Origin: a virus
Taxonomy: Duplodnaviria; Caudoviricetes
IMG/VR virus record: IMGVR_UViG_3300002026_000039
Span: 1 to 52,591 of that record
Reading direction: 5' to 3' (one strand)
DNA length: 52,591 bases
In this document: in pieces, positions 17,516 through 28,413 of the stretch
How positions within the stretch are numbered: the first letter of the stretch is position 1
Layout: the number at the start of each line of letters is the position of its first letter
The notes under the pieces: model-generated
Database searches by the model: none
Told to the model about the DNA's origin: nothing
Seen by the model: the letters and a program-made list of their open reading frames with translations, nothing else
Translations under genes and position numbers: made by a program

Positions 17516-19444
17516 TTAATCATCTATTTCTATAAATTCTTCTTCTAAAAGGAGATTTTTCCTTAACTCAGTTGATTTATCAAACCAAGTTTTTATGGTT
17601 GACATATAATCCTTGTTTTTTATTGTGAATTTCATTAATCTTTGTTGATTAAGCATTATATCATAATGTTCATCTTCTAAAGAACCAAGACCTTTAATAT
17701 ATGCAATATCCCAACCTTTTAAATTTGATTCAGCTTTTTGATATTCTTCGTTTGTATAGAAAAATCTTTCTTCTTTTTTATCTCCTGTTCCCTTTGAAGC
17801 AATAACAATTGGTGAAATAGCTCGATAAATTCTATTATCTAAAAATAATTCAGGAAAATTCTTAGCAAAGAAAACTATCATTAATCCACAAATATGGTTT
17901 CCGTCATGGTCCATATCTGATGCAATAATTATTTTTCTGAATGTACAATTTTTAAGATTTGCTTTTGGTTCACCAAATTGTAATCCCAAAACAGCTATGA
18001 TTTCACGTAATTCAATATTATTAACAATATCTTCTTTACTTAAATTTAATGTATTTTTAACTTTACCTCTTAATTGATAACAAGCCATTTTATTTGGGTC
18101 GCGATAAGAAAGAAATCCATTTGATGCAGATGTTCCTTCAAATAACCATAATTCATTTTCGTTACTATGTTTATCAGCACAACTAATAAGTTTCTTAGAT
18201 TTAGTTGTTTTTAGAACACCGTTTAATTTACGTAAATTTTTCTTTTGTTCAGCAAGATATTTAACATTATAATAATCAATCAATTGATTAACTATTTCAC
18301 TATCTTCTAATGAATCAATAAATTGTTTATTTAATTTTAATTTATCTAATGGTATTTTTGATGTTAATTTTTCTTTGGTTTGTGAAGAATAATTAGGATT
18401 TTGTAATGATATGTTACAGAATAATGATAATTTATTTTTTATATCTTTTTCTGTAATTAATTCAATATCTTTCTTTTTAAGAATTTCCAGAATTTTATCA
18501 ACAATTTGTTTATGTATTTTTTTGTATTGAGTTCCCTCAATATCAACACAAACAGCTCCATTAACGAAACCATAATTATATCCAATACTTGGTATTAAAA
18601 CAATATCATCAAAACCTTTTTGAATTATTTTTTGTGTGTTTTCTATTTCATTTTTAGATAAATGTAAATCAACAAATTTGTCAAATGTATCAAATAACCA
18701 TATGGAATTTAATGCTCCATCAGCTATATTTGATGTGAAATTTATTTTTAACCCGGGATTTGCAGCTGCTCCATCAATACATCTTTTTTGCATTATTCGT
18801 ATTGTAGCAGTATCTAAATTTGTTAGTTCAAATCTTTCCAAATCTATTAGGAATTCAAATGTTGAACCATGATAACTATTTTTTATTGGATTAACATCTT
18901 CAAAATCAATTTGAGACATATTATTACTCCATTGAATATCCATTTCATATTTAGTATCGGAAGTTGTAACTCTGAAATATTTTGAATAAATATTTGTTAA
19001 TTTAGAACCTATACCATTTAATCCAGCACCATCACGTTCCTCATTATAATTTCCCGAAGTACGTAAAAAACCAAATAACATTTTTGGTAAATACATTTTC
19101 ATTTCATTATGAAAAACAACAGCAATACCACCATTGTCAGTAATTTTAATTGTTCCATTAGTATTAACATCAACACTAATTTCTGTAATATCAAATAATC
19201 TTTTCTTATTACGTCTAGCATCTATTGGATTTGTGAAAACTTCATCAAACAATTTTAATAAACCAGCATTATATCCAACACCTTTAATTTCAACTATTTT
19301 ATTTTCGGAAGGTTTATACAAATGAACATCTTTCAATTCAGAATAAGTTGAACCTAAATACATACCTGGTCTGGTAAGAATATGTTCAATTTCTGACATT
19401 GATTTATATTGTTCTTCTACTGTTAAATTATGTTTATTATCCAT
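17516..19444 (-). CDS. type II DNA topoisomerase, GyrB/ParE-like ATPase-TOPRIM subunit
   Basis: EHILTRPGMYLGS, DEVFTNPID, DNGGI, GLNGIGSKLTN, EGTSA, LRGK, DMDHDGNHI, KGLGS. Confidence 0.95.
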   Translation of the reverse strand: MDNKHNLTVEEQYKSMSEIEHILTRPGMYLGSTYSELKDVHLYKPSENKIVEIKGVGYNAGLLKLFDEVFTNPIDARRNKKRLFDITEISVDVNTNGTIKITDNGGIAVVFHNEMKMYLPKMLFGFLRTSGNYNEERDGAGLNGIGSKLTNIYSKYFRVTTSDTKYEMDIQWSNNMSQIDFEDVNPIKNSYHGSTFEFLIDLERFELTNLDTATIRIMQKRCIDGAAANPGLKINFTSNIADGALNSIWLFDTFDKFVDLHLSKNEIENTQKIIQKGFDDIVLIPSIGYNYGFVNGAVCVDIEGTQYKKIHKQIVDKILEILKKKDIELITEKDIKNKLSLFCNISLQNPNYSSQTKEKLTSKIPLDKLKLNKQFIDSLEDSEIVNQLIDYYNVKYLAEQKKNLRKLNGVLKTTKSKKLISCADKHSNENELWLFEGTSASNGFLSYRDPNKMACYQLRGKVKNTLNLSKEDIVNNIELREIIAVLGLQFGEPKANLKNCTFRKIIIASDMDHDGNHICGLMIVFFAKNFPELFLDNRIYRAISPIVIASKGTGDKKEERFFYTNEEYQKAESNLKGWDIAYIKGLGSLEDEHYDIMLNQQRLMKFTIKNKDYMSTIKTWFDKSTELRKNLLLEEEFIEIDD

Positions 19445-19446
19445 GA

Positions 19447-19770
19447 TTATTTAATAATTTTATTTAATTCTTCATTTGAATATTGTAAAGCTCCCGTATA
19501 TGCTTGTTTAAAAGTATAATATTCCATTAAATAAATTTCCTCTGGAATTTTCATTAAACTATCAATTGTTTGAAATAATTGTTGTATTAATAAATAAGAT
19601 TTCGTAATTAAAACAAAATCATTTTTAATAAATAAATAAATTTTTTCATTGTGTATATTTTTTCCACAACATAATTCATCAATTTTATCAATAACTTTTA
19701 AATTTGTTCTTAATTCATAAGTTTCAATAATATTATTTACATCAATATGTGTAAGATTAAAATTTTTCAT
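19447..19770 (-). CDS. hypothetical protein (107 aa)
   Basis: ORF track; promoter motif upstream. Confidence 0.65.
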   Translation of the reverse strand: MKNFNLTHIDVNNIIETYELRTNLKVIDKIDELCCGKNIHNEKIYLFIKNDFVLITKSYLLIQQLFQTIDSLMKIPEEIYLMEYYTFKQAYTGALQYSNEELNKIIK

Positions 19771-19802
19771 AATTTAATATATTTTTATGGTTATATATTT
19801 TT

Positions 19803-19832
19803 TATCCGTATTAATTTATATTTATAAGATGA
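19803..19832 (-). promoter_or_regulatory. recurrent promoter-like motif
   Basis: TCATCT-TATAAATA-N9-ACGGATA. Confidence 0.6.
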
Positions 19833-19835
19833 TAT

Positions 19836-19872
19836 AATAAGAAAAATTCCGACAATTACTATCGGAATTTTC
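19836..19872 (-). terminator. terminator-like hairpin
   Basis: AAAATTCCGA / TCGGAATTTT inverted repeat with T-rich tail. Confidence 0.65.
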
Positions 19873-19894
19873 TGAATTAACACCTCCTTGGTTT

Positions 19895-20122
19895 TTATGA
19901 ATTTTCATTATTTGTATTATACATAGTATTCAACCTTTCTTTCATGTTTTTTACTGTTCTTAAAAATAATTCTTCAGAAATAATACCTGTAATAGTTGAT
20001 TCATAAGATATTTTATTTTTACTTAATGTAATAAGCATAACATTTTTATCTAATTTAGTTTGGGCTTTAATTTCTATTTTAAATTCACTTGATATTAAAT
20101 TATTTATTTTTTCGAAGAACAT
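19895..20122 (-). CDS. hypothetical protein (75 aa)
   Basis: ORF track. Confidence 0.6.
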   Translation of the reverse strand: MFFEKINNLISSEFKIEIKAQTKLDKNVMLITLSKNKISYESTITGIISEELFLRTVKNMKERLNTMYNTNNENS

Positions 20123-20127
20123 ATTTT

Positions 20128-21129
20128 TTAATTTAATGGTTTATTAATTATACCTTTTCTTGATTTATTTGCACTACGTAATTTACCCCATTCATTTTCA
20201 TCTTCACTTCTAAATTTATTATAATCTTCATCATCAGAACGTTTAACTGAAAATGAATTAAATTTATCCATTTTATAAGTGAATACAATATTTGAATAAT
20301 TTTTATGTGATTCATTAAAATATTTCAAAACATCACTTAAAGATGAAATAGACGTATTACTTTCTTTTGATGTTAATTCTCCTCGATTACTTGGAACAGT
20401 TAAATTTTTTATTTCACAATAAGATTTAACCAAATATTCAAAATTAGCAAATGATAGGTTATCTAATAATATCCCATAATATTTAGCATTTATAAAATGA
20501 ATTATTTCGGGATATTTTATAGCTAAATTAACTTTTTTACCTGTTTGTGTATTTATTGAGTGTTGATATTTACCATCAATATATTCTAATAAAATTTCTG
20601 AATCTCCATGAATAACTTTAAAATAATCTTTTAATTGTCTATTTATATAACCAATAATATTTACTTTAATTGGATTCTCAGTTTCAATTGTTTTTGTTAA
20701 ATAAATACTATCAGATTGTTTATAATTATCAGTATAACTTCCCCAAAATTGGATTTCACCATTTAAAGTAATTCTTGATGTTGCTTTTAATTGTTCGAAT
20801 AATTTTTTTAAAATATCATTTGGTTTAATTTTTTCACTAGTTTTTCCATCTAATGTTTCAATTTCAAATGTTTTGAATTTATTACCAAGTTTTTCTTGTT
20901 GGTCCTTTAAAAATTCTTTTGAATAATCAAATTTAGAAGCAATCCGTTTATCGTTACAAAATATAAATACAATAGCATCAAATAATTTTTGCCAATCAAA
21001 TTGATAAAAACCATTTTTATCAAAATAAGTTTGATAAATTTTCATTTTATATCGAGTATCATTTGTGCTTGTTTTTAAACACAAATCTAAAAACTCATCA
21101 AAATCTGTCCAAATAGTTGAAAGTTTCAT
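20128..21129 (-). CDS. hypothetical protein (333 aa)
   Basis: long ORF. Confidence 0.75.
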   Translation of the reverse strand: MKLSTIWTDFDEFLDLCLKTSTNDTRYKMKIYQTYFDKNGFYQFDWQKLFDAIVFIFCNDKRIASKFDYSKEFLKDQQEKLGNKFKTFEIETLDGKTSEKIKPNDILKKLFEQLKATSRITLNGEIQFWGSYTDNYKQSDSIYLTKTIETENPIKVNIIGYINRQLKDYFKVIHGDSEILLEYIDGKYQHSINTQTGKKVNLAIKYPEIIHFINAKYYGILLDNLSFANFEYLVKSYCEIKNLTVPSNRGELTSKESNTSISSLSDVLKYFNESHKNYSNIVFTYKMDKFNSFSVKRSDDEDYNKFRSEDENEWGKLRSANKSRKGIINKPLN

Positions 21130-21142
21130 AATTTTATATTAT

Positions 21143-22851
21143 TTATTTTTGATACACTAATGTACCACAATCATATATACGATTTAATCCTAACACATTT
21201 TTTGTGAAATTTCTTCCAGTATCTTCAGGAGAACAACCATATTTTGAAATAAGTATATCTTTACGATAATTAAATCTATGTAATCTTTTCTGTACAGAAA
21301 TATAGAAATAATTAGGAGGAGATACACGTATTTGTTGAAAATTCAATTGTTCATAAAGATTACCTGTACTCCATCGTCTATCAGCATAACTTATTATTTT
21401 TTCTGGTCTATAGTGAGTTTCAAAATATTTTAATAATTTGCTTGCTCCCCTATAACTGAATAATTAATAGCATTACAAAAACGCAATAGTTCATAACAAT
21501 CTTCTGAAGAAGAATTACCTAAACTTTTACGTAATTCACCAAAAGTCATTATTGATAACAAATATTCCTTATTATTAATGATTATATATAAACCTAAATC
21601 TATTTTACTACCAACAAATCCCTGAATATGGTTTCTTTCAAGAAAACTACGTGTTATTGATTTATCATTAATTTCCTTAATAAAACAATTTCTCCCATAA
21701 GCTATATGGTCTTTATCTATTTTATTAAGAATATAACATAATCTTGATTTAACTATTTCTTTTTTGTTAATCCATTCATCTTCAAATATATGGATTAATT
21801 GAATTCCTTGTTTTAAACATTCTTCAGTTTTTTCAAGATGGTATTTATCTTCCTTAAATAAATCTGAATGCCAATATAAACCATTATATTCTATGGCTAT
21901 TTTTAAATCAGGAAGATAAATATCTATTTCCTTACCATTAAGAATAGTTCTATCATTAGTTATAATATTATTAATGTTCAATGATTGAATAAACTCTAAA
22001 ACTTCTGATTCAGATTTATCAAATTTTAATGCGCATTTTGGACAACCTTGTCCATTTAAATGTTGGTTTGGTTTTTGTTCAAAGTCTCCATGAACCAATC
22101 CATTTTTATCTTCTTCAGTACAATGTATTATAATATTTTGTTTTGAATGTATATAATTTATTTTATGATATGAATATTTATTTTCATGAATAATATTAGC
22201 TTTTTCTATAAATTCATTATTTGTTAATTTCATACTATTATTACCACAAGATTTACATTTTGTACCACGTAAATGTTCTGAAGGTAATTGACTAAATTCT
22301 CCATGTTCCGGACAAATAATAATTACTTTTTCTTGTGAATGTTTATAATCAACTTTTGAATAACCATAAAAATTATTATGTATCAAATTACAATTTTCAA
22401 TAAATTTTTCTGTTGTTAATGTTCTTTTTTTATCAGATTCGTTTCTGGAACATTTAGGACATTTACTTCCAAATAAATGACTTGATGGCAATTGTTCAAA
22501 TTCTCCATGTTCTGGACAAATAATAATTATTTTTTCTTGTGAATGTTTATAATCAACTTTTGAATAATCATAAAAATTATTATGTTTTTCATTAGCTTTA
22601 TTGATAAAAATATTTGTATTCATTAATGGAATTCTTCCATTTTTCTTTCTTGATTCACCAGCTTGTATATTAGCACATTTTGGACATCCAAAACCATTTA
22701 AAATTTCATTAGACCTTTTAGTAAATTCTCCATGTTCACGACAAATAATAATTACCGGGGTTTTAGAATTTACATAATTTATTTTATCATAAATATATAA
22801 ATCACCATATATTTCTATTAATTTTTTTGTAAGAATAACTGTATTAACCAT
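21143..22851 (-). pseudogene. homing endonuclease-like gene (repeated CxxHG..CxxC zinc modules plus PD-(D/E)xK-type nuclease), frameshifted
   Basis: IICPEHGEF repeats; EIDIYLPDLKIAIEYNGLYWH; adding one G to the G4 run at 21447-21450 restores VIGGASKLLKYF..ISYADRRWSTG and joins ORF 21143..21346. Confidence 0.8.
22295..22585. repeat. ~87-bp near-identical intragenic repeat pair (period 204 bp)
   Basis: HNNFY(D/G)YSKVDYKHSQEK(I/V)IIICPEHGEF encoded twice with only a few nucleotide differences. Confidence 0.85.
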
Positions 22852-22879
22852 ATTGATATAAATTTATAACATTTGTATT

Positions 22880-22911
22880 TATATCCAATAATTTAATCAT
22901 TTATAGATTGA
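22880..22911 (-). promoter_or_regulatory. recurrent promoter-like motif upstream of the endonuclease gene
   Basis: TCAATC-TATAAATG-N9-TTGGATATA. Confidence 0.65.
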
Positions 22912-22917
22912 ATTATT

Positions 22918-24888
22918 TTACATTAATAAATTAGTACCTCCTTTTCGACGTTTTCTTGAATTATATTCTATTTCTGAATTTCTTAAATGCCAGCCATCAC
23001 GTCTATATATAGATTCAGCTTGTTTCTTTTCTTCTTCTTTTTGTTTCAATACTTCTTCAGCTTCATCAAAACATCTTGCTCTTAAATCATATTCAGCTTC
23101 TTTAAGGAAACTTGTTGCATAAAGATTATTTGATTTTAAAAAATAACTTGTGGAAACATCAGCCATCACCAAATCGTCATGTCCGTACTGGGAACTATAT
23201 GTGTCGTTAGAATTTTTACCAAAGTTTAAATATTCCTCGACAGATTCAAAATGAGTTTCATCTAATAAACATTTACCAACCAAATTACTAAATGCTTTGA
23301 CACCTACTTTTTTATTTGAAGCGTCCCATCTAATTCCCATTTCATAATCATCTTTGGAATTTCTCATAAATTTAGCAAAAATAATATTATCAAAATCCGA
23401 ATATTCATTATTATTTAATGCTAATTGTTTAATTTGTGCAAAATATTCACCACCATAATTATTTGTTTCAACAACACAACGTAATTTATTTTGATTAAAA
23501 TGTCTAAAGAAATTCATGTTATGTTCAGCAAAATCTTCAACAGAAATTTCATTATCTTTAAATACACCAATATTTATATATTTTAAACATTTATCAACAA
23601 TATCCCATTCAACCTTACGAATTTTCATTATACTACAATCTTGCCCTAGTCCTTCAGCTAAATCTTCTCCAATAACAAAATAATCATTTTTTAAATCATA
23701 TTTTATTCCTTTAATTTCTTCACCAGCATCATTTATAAAATCTTCTTGATTTCTAAATTCTATATTAAATTCATTACCTAATGGGTGATTATCTTTTGAC
23801 CATAATTCTTTGTGTTGACGTTGTTTTTCACGTAACCATTTTTGAATTTTAACTGGAAATATTGATTTCAATTGAGTATCAAATGAACATTCGAAACCCA
23901 TTTCCCATCCCTCAAATCCAACGTTGGCAATTGTATCTGCTTTAAATTCTTCTAAAGCTTGTTCAGGTGTTTGACCTTTTTTACATGGTCGAGGAACATC
24001 ATACCAATATATTCTTGAAGTAACAAATCTATTTTTCTTAGTTTCAGCACCATACCATAATTCCCAGAATTTATTTCTACCATTTGGAGTACTTGCTATG
24101 ATACATTTTGAATTTGGGTTATTAACAAGTGCAGGATAAATATTATTCCAAAATTTATTTACTCTAAGACTTGGAATATAAGCAAATTCATCAATAAACA
24201 GAAAATCAAGAGAAAATCCTTGTACAACAGATTCAGATGCAACACCAATACTAAGTCTACAACCATTATCTAATACAAACCCGGAAGCATTAAATTTGAT
24301 AAATCCAGGTTGCATGAAAAATGGTAAAGAATGGAAAGCTTCCTTAACTTTCTTAAGAATTTCATTAACAACAAGGTCTGATTGTGCGATAACAACCATA
24401 TCTTTATCAAAATTAGATATTGCATAATGGACAATTTCTACTACTGTTGTTGTTGTTTTTCCTGATTGCCGAGGGAACATCAAAATGTTCCATTTATTAT
24501 TTGTATATGAATCTAATAAATCTTCCTGATAATCACGAAGTTTAATTTGTCTCCAACCAAACTCAGCATCCTTTAAGTGAATAAAATTATTACCAAAGAA
24601 TTTTTTATCTTTCCAAACAATTTTAAGAATCTCAAGTTCGTCCTCGGTATAATTAAATGGTAAATTACCCTTTCTTAATTCAGCATCTTTTACTGTTTTA
24701 AGAAACGGACTTTCCTTTAATCTATAACCTTCAGATAAACCTTTTTTAGCAAGTTCAACACTTTCACTATTCCATACAGCTAAGTTTTTATCCTTATCAG
24801 TAATGATACGAGGGTCATAAATATTTGTACGACTTTTAAGTGTTTCTATTGCTGAAGATTTAATACTTCTAACTTCTTGAACTTCCAT
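22918..24888 (-). CDS. terL: terminase large subunit (T4 gp17-like)
   Basis: LRDYQ, PRQSGKTTT Walker A, LFIDEFAY Walker B, ASTPNG, DLAEGLGQD and HDDLVMA nuclease motifs. Confidence 0.95.
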   Translation of the reverse strand: MEVQEVRSIKSSAIETLKSRTNIYDPRIITDKDKNLAVWNSESVELAKKGLSEGYRLKESPFLKTVKDAELRKGNLPFNYTEDELEILKIVWKDKKFFGNNFIHLKDAEFGWRQIKLRDYQEDLLDSYTNNKWNILMFPRQSGKTTTTVVEIVHYAISNFDKDMVVIAQSDLVVNEILKKVKEAFHSLPFFMQPGFIKFNASGFVLDNGCRLSIGVASESVVQGFSLDFLFIDEFAYIPSLRVNKFWNNIYPALVNNPNSKCIIASTPNGRNKFWELWYGAETKKNRFVTSRIYWYDVPRPCKKGQTPEQALEEFKADTIANVGFEGWEMGFECSFDTQLKSIFPVKIQKWLREKQRQHKELWSKDNHPLGNEFNIEFRNQEDFINDAGEEIKGIKYDLKNDYFVIGEDLAEGLGQDCSIMKIRKVEWDIVDKCLKYINIGVFKDNEISVEDFAEHNMNFFRHFNQNKLRCVVETNNYGGEYFAQIKQLALNNNEYSDFDNIIFAKFMRNSKDDYEMGIRWDASNKKVGVKAFSNLVGKCLLDETHFESVEEYLNFGKNSNDTYSSQYGHDDLVMADVSTSYFLKSNNLYATSFLKEAEYDLRARCFDEAEEVLKQKEEEKKQAESIYRRDGWHLRNSEIEYNSRKRRKGGTNLLM

Positions 24889-25278
24889 TTTTATTTTTTA
24901 ATTCTTTCATTTTTAAAATAAAATCTTTTCTTGCTTTGAATTCATTAAGTTTATTTTTATTAATTAATTCTTTTGTTAATTTAAACATTAAATTACTAGT
25001 AGATAAAAATTCAGTCATATCATTATATTCTGTTTCCATTAAACCTAATATATCAATTACTTCTTTTTCTGAATAATCAAATATTTTTCTAAAATCAGCA
25101 TCTGTTAAAAAATAATATATTATAGCTTTTAAGAGAAATTCATTTATCCAAATATTTTTATTTTTAACTTTTCAGGTATACTCGGAGCATTAAAATTTCC
25201 ATTAAAATAAATTTTTTTTCTTTTAAAAAATTCATCTAAATTACATAATACATTCGATAATTTTAATTTTGTTTTCAT
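24869..25278 (-). pseudogene. frameshifted ~136-aa gene immediately upstream of terL (absent from the ORF track)
   Basis: ATG 25278 frame stops at 25144-25146; the -1 frame is open from ~25171 (KVKNKNIWINEFLLKAIIYYFLTDADFRK...) to TAG at 24869, overlapping the terL start. Confidence 0.6.
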
Positions 25279-25280
25279 CT

Positions 25281-25916
25281 TTATTTTGTTATCTGGAAAG
25301 TTTGAACTTGGTCTAATTTGAAATTAGGGTTTTCAGATTTAATATGTAATTTAACACCAGTAAGTTTTTTCCAAAATAACCAACTTCTTTTATAAGAATA
25401 TTCGGGAGCTATCAATAATGTATCTTTAGTTTCAAAAACAACATCAGATAAAAATGGATTATTATTTACTGGTGTATTTATGTTAACATAAATACTATTA
25501 TTTTTATCTTTCCAATCAACTAAATATTTATTTTCTCCAATTTTTTTAGATTGTACAGTATCTATATTAGTTGTGTAATGATAATTAACATTTGAAATTG
25601 ATTGCATATTTTTAATTTTCAAATTCATGTCTTCCAAACGTTTAATAATATCGGTTGAAAAATATTTCATTTCATTAGCTTTAACAGTCAAAGCAGCAAC
25701 AGTATATTCTAATTGTCCTGATTTTGTTTTTTCCATGGAAAAAACAAAATCTTTATTTTTGATATTTTCTGATTTTCTTTGATTTTCTTTTTCAAGATAA
25801 GTTATTCTATTATAAGCCCATTTAGCTGAAAAATACAAAATAATAATAATAATACCCCACCAAAGATATTTTTTAATAAAGTTCCAAACAGGGAGCAAAA
25901 AAGATAAATACATCAT
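25281..25916 (-). CDS. membrane-anchored coiled-coil protein (possible spanin/lysis accessory)
   Basis: N-terminal TM (YLWWGIIIIILYFSA) then a coiled-coil-like region; function inferred only. Confidence 0.55.
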   Translation of the reverse strand: MMYLSFLLPVWNFIKKYLWWGIIIIILYFSAKWAYNRITYLEKENQRKSENIKNKDFVFSMEKTKSGQLEYTVAALTVKANEMKYFSTDIIKRLEDMNLKIKNMQSISNVNYHYTTNIDTVQSKKIGENKYLVDWKDKNNSIYVNINTPVNNNPFLSDVVFETKDTLLIAPEYSYKRSWLFWKKLTGVKLHIKSENPNFKLDQVQTFQITK

Positions 25917-25934
25917 GTTTTCTAAATTTTAAAT

Positions 25935-25970
25935 TAAATTAATTTAGCTGAAATATTAATTTCAGCTAAA
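25935..25970 (-). terminator. terminator-like hairpin
   Basis: TTTAGCTGAAAT / ATTTCAGCTAAA 12-bp inverted repeat at 25943-25970. Confidence 0.6.
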
Positions 25971-25998
25971 ATAGTTGTGTAGTTATATATAGAGGTAG

Positions 25999-26526
25999 TT
26001 ATTTTAATTTTTTTCTTGATTTAATTTCCTCTTTCTTTTGGATTTCACCTAATATTTGTTTACCTAAAAATTGTACTTTAGTTGAAAATTTCAAATATTC
26101 ATAAGTTTTAGAATCATACATTAAAATACTCATTATTTCTTTTGAAATTTCAGGACCAAATTCCAGTAAATCTTTATCAATTTTAATTATTTTTTCTTTG
26201 ATAACTTTTGTTGGTTTTGATTTATAATAAAGAAATTGTGGCATTCTAGGACGAGTAAAACCATTTACAAATTTTCTTTGTAATGCTAATATAATTGCAG
26301 GTGAATCAAATATTTTAATTGCAGGTGAATATATATTCAATAATTCATCTGCTAAATGTGGAAATCCCTTAATTAAATTATTCAATAATATAAATGAGTT
26401 TTGTTTAATTTCATAATATGAATATTTTTCAAATTCACTAATGTTTTGATAAAACATAGATTGAAAACGATTGAAAACTTCATAATTAACCGTTTTTGTT
26501 GGAGAATTATTTGTTGGTTGTTCCAT
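25999..26526 (-). CDS. hypothetical protein (175 aa)
   Basis: ORF track. Confidence 0.7.
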   Translation of the reverse strand: MEQPTNNSPTKTVNYEVFNRFQSMFYQNISEFEKYSYYEIKQNSFILLNNLIKGFPHLADELLNIYSPAIKIFDSPAIILALQRKFVNGFTRPRMPQFLYYKSKPTKVIKEKIIKIDKDLLEFGPEISKEIMSILMYDSKTYEYLKFSTKVQFLGKQILGEIQKKEEIKSRKKLK

Positions 26527-26617
26527 AATTATTTTGGATTATTATAATTAATACATATCGACACATTTACTACAAACATACCAAACAGCTGAACATAAAA
26601 TATATTCATTTTTTGAA

Positions 26618-27106
26618 TTATCTATTTATAATAGATTTTATTTCCATAAATTCATTAGTTGTTATTGGACCAAATCTTTCTGTAATTAAATAAATATCTG
26701 AATCTTCTTTATTTATTTCACCCGAATTTTCAACAATATTAATAACTAAAATAACTGGAATTGGTTTTTCCAAACTAAATTTATCTTTAAAGAAATCTTT
26801 AAATAATTCTTCATAAATACCCATATTATCACAATATGATATATCCGTATTTTCAAATTTTTCTTTTTCTAGGAATTGATTTAAAACATCAATAACATAA
26901 CAACTATTAAATACATCAGTATCAAATATAATTATATTACTTTTCTTACATTTAATGAAAACTTCATCGGTTTCTAATAATTTTTTATAATCATAAATTT
27001 GATTAATTTCATCAAACTTAGTTATTCTTGTAACATTATTTATTTTCAATAAATCCTGTATACATTCAGGTGTTTTTATTTCTTGATTTGTTTCTTGATT
27101 TTCCAT
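26618..27106 (-). CDS. hypothetical protein (162 aa)
   Basis: ORF track; promoter motif upstream. Confidence 0.7.
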   Translation of the reverse strand: MENQETNQEIKTPECIQDLLKINNVTRITKFDEINQIYDYKKLLETDEVFIKCKKSNIIIFDTDVFNSCYVIDVLNQFLEKEKFENTDISYCDNMGIYEELFKDFFKDKFSLEKPIPVILVINIVENSGEINKEDSDIYLITERFGPITTNEFMEIKSIINR

Positions 27107-27132
27107 GTTTATTTATTATTTATAATTTTTAT

Positions 27133-28410
27133 TTATATCCCTAAAATATCATCAATTATAGATTGATTTTCATTAATAACTTCTTTCGAATTATCATCTG
27201 AAACAATTGAAGATACCATTAATTCTTTAGCATTATCATTTTGATGAACTTTTAAATTCATTTTTAATAATGTTTCAAGTTCTAATCTTTTATTGATTAA
27301 TGATAAATTGTCATCATAACAAGAATTAAAATTTTTAACAACATATTCTGGTAAACATTCAATATGTAATTTATTCATTCTTAAATTATGTTGATAATGT
27401 TCCACTATTTGTTTAAGTTCAACATTTGATTGTTTTGTTACTGTTTTTAAATTAATCAAAATTTGTGCCATTAATTTACCATCAGAAAAAGCTTCCTTAA
27501 CAGTTTTTTCATCAAAATCATATAAAGACATTTCAAATGCTTTTTTAATCATTATTTCAGTAACTTTCATATTCATTGTATCTTTTGGATTTCTCCAACG
27601 ATACAAAGGAAATATATTATCTTTAGCATCACCACAAATTACCTTAATTAATAAATTTGTATATTTATTTGTTATTGCAATTCCTGAATTTAATTTACGA
27701 TTTTTAGTTGATTTAACAGTTCCACCATTTGCAACATCAATAGCAAATAATAAATCATAAAATTGTGTATCTAAATTAGTTTGTGTAAATTTTTCTAACA
27801 TAGATTTTTCTGCAAATAATTTTGAATGTAAATATCCTGAAATAATAAATTCACCATCGGGTAATTCTTTTGATTTTGTATTTTTCAAAAGAATAACATT
27901 TTTATTAACAAGGAATTTTAAATCTCCATCAGTTGCAAATATAATGGTTTCAATATTTTGTTCTGAAAATTTATTTGTTAACAACAACAAAGCATCATCA
28001 CCTTCACCTCCATCAAAATGAATAATAGGAACTTGTGATTTTATTTTATTTCGAAAATTTTCAATTGTTAAATTAAAATTATCATAATCAATATCTGATT
28101 CTTCTTTTTGTTCTTTTCGATTATCTTTATATCCCAATTTAGTATTATCATTAATATAATATGGTTTAATTGGTTCAATAGATTTTCTCCATGATTTATT
28201 ATCAAATACAAAAACGATATTTTCTAATAATTCATGATAACTATTGTTAAATGATTTAAACAAATTAATAAATGAATCATTTAATAATGATTCAAAATTA
28301 TTCATTTGTTGAACAGTTGTTAAATTAAAATCAGGTTGAGAAATCCTTAAACCATGTATAGCTCTATGAGCAAAATAATTTCCATCAATAAGTAAAAGTC
28401 TTTTTTCCAT
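27133..28410 (-). CDS. 5'-3' exonuclease / T4 RNase H-like (FEN family)
   Basis: LLIDGNYFAHR, FVFD, YKDNR, EGDD, DGDL, GDAKDNI acidic motifs. Confidence 0.88.
   Translation of the reverse strand: MEKRLLLIDGNYFAHRAIHGLRISQPDFNLTTVQQMNNFESLLNDSFINLFKSFNNSYHELLENIVFVFDNKSWRKSIEPIKPYYINDNTKLGYKDNRKEQKEESDIDYDNFNLTIENFRNKIKSQVPIIHFDGGEGDDALLLLTNKFSEQNIETIIFATDGDLKFLVNKNVILLKNTKSKELPDGEFIISGYLHSKLFAEKSMLEKFTQTNLDTQFYDLLFAIDVANGGTVKSTKNRKLNSGIAITNKYTNLLIKVICGDAKDNIFPLYRWRNPKDTMNMKVTEIMIKKAFEMSLYDFDEKTVKEAFSDGKLMAQILINLKTVTKQSNVELKQIVEHYQHNLRMNKLHIECLPEYVVKNFNSCYDDNLSLINKRLELETLLKMNLKVHQNDNAKELMVSSIVSDDNSKEVINENQSIIDDILGI
27134..27166 (-). promoter_or_regulatory. recurrent promoter-like motif embedded in the 3' end of the nuclease gene
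   Basis: TCAATC-TATAATTG-N10-AGGGATATA. Confidence 0.55.
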
Positions 28411-28413
28411 GTT

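Noticed and set aside
26530-26612. Short frames MNIFYVQLFG... and EYILCSAVWY...
   Set aside because: Under 30 codons; possibly a gene relic but not supportable
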